Of a stretch of 39,152 nt of DNA, positions 36,920 through 39,152 are shown piece after piece. The translations under genes and the position numbers were made by a program. The notes below the pieces were generated by a model. It was given only the letters and a program-made list of their open reading frames with translations. It made no database searches and was not told where the DNA came from. The DNA is taken from the NCBI GenBank assembly GCA_964606395.1, contig CAZSGO010000001.1:14579-53730 (forward strand). Reading direction: 5' to 3'. How positions within the stretch are numbered: position 1 is the first letter of the stretch; the number at the start of each line of letters is the position of its first letter. The stretch comes from an uncultured bacterium. Its GTDB lineage: Bacteria; Fidelibacterota; Fidelibacteria; Fidelibacterales; Fidelibacteraceae.

Positions 36920-37759
36920 TTATTGATTGACAACGGCAACAAAGATATCAGAAACACTGGGAATGGCAGTTGTTGCTCCTGATAGTTTAATATTGCCCTG
37001 GACCAGGCCGCGCACTTTACCCAGCGAGCGGCTTGTTGCTTTGGGGTTAAATGCCATTAGATCTTGCTCGCGATCTGAAGAAACTTCAACGATTGACCAA
37101 TCATTTTTAAGCTTATCAACCGGTTGGTGCAGTTTGATCTTACCGTGATCGATAAATACAACATCTTGCAAGATGTTCTCAACTTCGGCGACTTGGTGAG
37201 TTGAGATGATCACTGTTTTATTGTCATCAAAAAATTCGCCAAGAAGCAGATCATAGAATTCCTTACGAAAAACGATATCAAGTCCCAGTGTCGGTTCATC
37301 CAGCAAAAGAATATCAACATCTTTTGCAAGTGTTAGCATAAGATAAAGTTTAGTTTTCATTCCCTTGGAAAGTGTCTTGACCTTTTGATCGCGGGGGAGT
37401 TCGCTTTTTGCAAAAAGACGTTCCGCTTTATCATAATTCCAAGAGGGGTTTATTCCCGCTGCATAATCTATTGTCTGCTGTACGGTTAGCCTCGGATCCA
37501 ATCCACTAACATCCGGAATAAAAGCTACCCGGGTGTGAAGGTCGTAATTCCATTCTTTGAGAGATTTGCCAAAAAACGCTACATCGCCCTCATAGTGTAA
37601 AAAATCCAAGAGGCACTTAAGAAGCGTTGATTTTCCCGCTCCATTTTTACCCAGGAGACCGACAATGCGTCCACGGGGGATCTGAAGATCTATGTCCTCG
37701 AGCGCGCGGACTTGCTTATAGTCTTTTGTCAGTCCATTGATGTTAATTACATTTTCCAT
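36920..37759 (-). CDS. ABC transporter ATP-binding protein
   Basis: It has Walker A (GLLGKNGAGKST), the signature LSKGMKTKL, Walker B (ILLLDEPT) and the H-loop (ISTHQ). Confidence 0.93.
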   Translation of the reverse strand: MENVININGLTKDYKQVRALEDIDLQIPRGRIVGLLGKNGAGKSTLLKCLLDFLHYEGDVAFFGKSLKEWNYDLHTRVAFIPDVSGLDPRLTVQQTIDYAAGINPSWNYDKAERLFAKSELPRDQKVKTLSKGMKTKLYLMLTLAKDVDILLLDEPTLGLDIVFRKEFYDLLLGEFFDDNKTVIISTHQVAEVENILQDVVFIDHGKIKLHQPVDKLKNDWSIVEVSSDREQDLMAFNPKATSRSLGKVRGLVQGNIKLSGATTAIPSVSDIFVAVVNQ

Positions 37760-37838
37760 AATAATCCTTATTCTCTATTTGTTTAAATTTTATCACAGTT
37801 TCTTTGGTCTGAATATGAAAAGGGGTATCACTTTTTTA

Positions 37839-37892
37839 TCAATTTTTGATCTCGTTCGAAAGTAAAAATAATCTTGGTGTCTTAGAAAACAT
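37839..37892 (-). CDS. Possible 4th mini-ORF, 17 aa (MFSKTPRLFLLSNEIKN)
   Basis: This is a hand translation. It shares the N-terminal MFSK with the upstream mini-ORF using different codons, and AGGA lies 8 nt upstream. It lacks the clear C-terminal family motif. Confidence 0.2.
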   Translation of the reverse strand: MFSKTPRLFLLSNEIKN

Positions 37893-37901
37893 GTGATGAT
37901 C

Positions 37902-37994
37902 CTACTTCACCGATTTGATGATGCGGATCGACATTGCCTGAACATAAGACATTGTCTTGCAATGTTGTTTCATCATTCCGCATTTACTGAACAT
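37902..37994 (-). CDS. Mini-ORF, 30 aa cationic peptide (MFSKCGMMKQHCKTMSYVQAMSIRIIKSVK)
   Basis: This is a hand translation. The SD-like GAAAGGGG lies 5 nt upstream of the ATG. The C-terminal motif YVQAMSIRIIKS is paralogous to the peptide at 38173..38262. Confidence 0.5.
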   Translation of the reverse strand: MFSKCGMMKQHCKTMSYVQAMSIRIIKSVK

Positions 37995-38022
37995 TTTAAC
38001 CCCTTTCACGTTATGGTTCTTA

Positions 38023-38118
38023 TTATTGTGCTCTGACATTGCGAATTGATAGGTGTTCGCGGTAGTTTCTTAAATATTTCATGTTGTCCCTTTCAGTTAT
38101 TGTCTTTACTTGATTCAT
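38023..38118 (-). CDS. Mini-ORF, 31 aa (MNQVKTITERDNMKYLRNYREHLSIRNVRAQ), or 19 aa from the internal ATG at 38082
   Basis: This is a hand translation. The internal ATG is preceded by GAAAGGGA, the same context as the next mini-ORF. The C-terminus YREHLSIRNVRA matches the family motif. Confidence 0.4.
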   Translation of the reverse strand: MNQVKTITERDNMKYLRNYREHLSIRNVRAQ

Positions 38119-38172
38119 TGATCTTGTCTCTTGAATCTTAAACCTTCTCTGTTTCCTTTCAGGCCATCTAGC

Positions 38173-38262
38173 TTAGCGGGCAGCTTTGATGACACCGATT
38201 GACATGGCGCGCACATAGAGTAATGTGCTATTGCGACGGCTGATCAGTGTGTTCTTAAACAT
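38173..38262 (-). CDS. Mini-ORF, 29 aa cationic peptide (MFKNTLISRRNSTLLYVRAMSIGVIKAAR)
   Basis: This is a hand translation. A strong SD, AGGAGA, lies 6 nt upstream of the ATG, and the ORF begins 26 nt after the GntR stop. The C-terminus YVRAMSIGVIKA matches the family motif. Confidence 0.55.
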   Translation of the reverse strand: MFKNTLISRRNSTLLYVRAMSIGVIKAAR

Positions 38263-38288
38263 GGTTTTTCTCCTAAAAATTTGTTTTC

Positions 38289-38657
38289 TTATTTATCGAA
38301 TTTTTCTTCGATTAATGTACATAATTCGTTTTTACTTATATTTAGCATCTTGGCCTGCTTGATCATGTCCGGAACGGTAATGTCTTCAAACTGAATAACA
38401 CCTGATTCTTTTAAAACGGCTTGTGCGGGATCGGTAACAAAATGTCCTTGTCCGCGTCGTTTTTCAAGAAGTCCTTCGTTGACGAGAAGTTGTGTGGCGT
38501 TTAATACTGTCTGAGGGTTTAGGCGATATTCGGCAGACATCTGTCGAACGGAGGGGATAGCTTCTCCGCTTTTCAGCGCACCGGACATGATCGACTCTCT
38601 TACGAGATCGGCCAATTGGAGGTATATAGCTTTTGAACTGTCGAAGTTAATGCTCAT
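38289..38657 (-). CDS. GntR-family transcriptional regulator, YtrA subfamily (short C-terminal domain)
   Basis: The GntR wHTH reads IYLQLADLVRESIMSGALKSGEAIPSVRQMSAEYRLNPQTVLNATQLLVNEGLLEKRRGQGHFV. The total length is only 122 aa. It is the first gene of an operon with an ABC ATPase and an ABC-2 permease. Confidence 0.9.
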   Translation of the reverse strand: MSINFDSSKAIYLQLADLVRESIMSGALKSGEAIPSVRQMSAEYRLNPQTVLNATQLLVNEGLLEKRRGQGHFVTDPAQAVLKESGVIQFEDITVPDMIKQAKMLNISKNELCTLIEEKFDK

Positions 38658-38708
38658 TGTGGTTCTCTTTCTGTTTCAATTCACACCAGTATTCCAGTGT
38701 TCTACATG

Positions 38709-38737
38709 AGTATAACACCAATACACGAAATATGCAA
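38709..38737 (-). promoter_or_regulatory. Candidate sigma70-like promoter of the GntR operon, TTGCAT-N17-TATACT (minus strand)
   Basis: Read directly from the sequence. The -35 element is one of two direct repeats AAATATGCAA (38728..38737 and 38741..38750 on plus). Confidence 0.4.
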
Positions 38738-39099
38738 GAAAAATATGCAATAAAATTCAATTATTTTAAAAAAATATCACAATCTCCTTTATTTATGCGG
38801 ATAAAATAATTACACAATATTTAAAAAATATTGTTAAAAAGTGTGTAAGGGGTGTTGCAGGTGTTCTATTTGAGGGTAAAATGGACATAAAATCCCGGAC
38901 ATGTATTTTAAAAGGTCTGTTATAATGTATTGCTTGTACAAGATATTGTATACTCTTGAAGAATTATACACAATTGACGACAGCCTGTAAAAATATAGAT
39001 AATTAATGACGATCAATCAGTAAAAAATGTTTGCCTTTCAGCAATTTATGCCACATATTACAGGGCTTTGTCTGAATATATGTGTTAAAGGAGAATAAG

Positions 39100-39152
39100 G
39101 TGAAAGAAACATATAATCCAAGTAATAGAAAACGGAAGAACAAACACGGTTT
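39100..39152 (+). CDS. rpmH: 50S ribosomal protein L34, 5' end only (runs off the right edge)
   Basis: A GTG start is preceded by AAAGGAG. The hand translation VKETYNPSNRKRKNKHGF matches the conserved L34 N-terminus (MKRT[FY]QPSxxKRxxxHGF). Confidence 0.85.
   Translation, partial: MKETYNPSNRKRKNKHG

Noticed and set aside
38834-39016. A 60-aa ORF in the GntR/rpmH intergenic region.
   Set aside because: It is an AT-rich, low-complexity translation (runs of Y, I, N and L) with no SD. It lies across candidate promoters of rpmH.
1-39152. A search by eye for CRISPR arrays, rRNA/tRNA genes, IS elements, integrases, phage genes or known defence-system genes.
   Set aside because: I found no regularly spaced direct repeats, no transposase, integrase or recombinase motifs, and no cloverleaf-capable sequences in the intergenic regions. 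The window looks like core chromosome. A tRNAscan/Infernal run would be needed to be definitive for small RNAs.

Overview
The window is a moderately AT-rich bacterial chromosomal segment made up almost entirely of core housekeeping genes. I saw no rRNA or tRNA genes, CRISPR arrays, transposases or integrases. Two large secreted proteins end in T9SS-type C-terminal sorting domains (FPNPFNPST... and FPQPFHPG...), which points to a member of the FCB superphylum or a related uncultured lineage; this is an inference. On the minus strand, from the left: a PpiC-type lipoprotein, mfd, then a tightly packed string (many overlapping stop/start codons) of nrnA-like, ispH, pdxS, pdxT, a LiaF-like gene, a T9SS beta-helix protein, mnmE, mnmG and an RRM RNA-binding protein. 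The hcp/hcpR divergon marks a switch to a plus-strand block: DUF2851, rfaE2, a SPOR protein, a T9SS propeller protein, alaS, a Trx-like/DsbD-like pair, small membrane ORFs, plsY and an MFS transporter. A final minus-strand block holds a degenerate Fic protein, birA and a GntR(YtrA)/ABC-transporter operon, and the 5' end of rpmH sits at the right edge. The most unusual feature lies in the 529-bp ORF-free gap between the YtrA-type regulator and the ABC ATPase. Reading it by hand on the minus strand gives three, possibly four, tandem Shine-Dalgarno-preceded mini-ORFs of 17-31 aa. They encode highly cationic paralogous peptides with a shared C-terminal motif. Other points of interest: twin copies of a perfect palindrome GTTTCACGTGAAAC spaced 108 bp apart across the mfd/dapF divergent promoter; a pseudo-receiver + receiver + PPDK_N (ATP-grasp) fusion protein coupled to dapF; two different CRP/FNR-family palindromes flanking hcpR; and a Fic-fold protein with an ablated catalytic motif.
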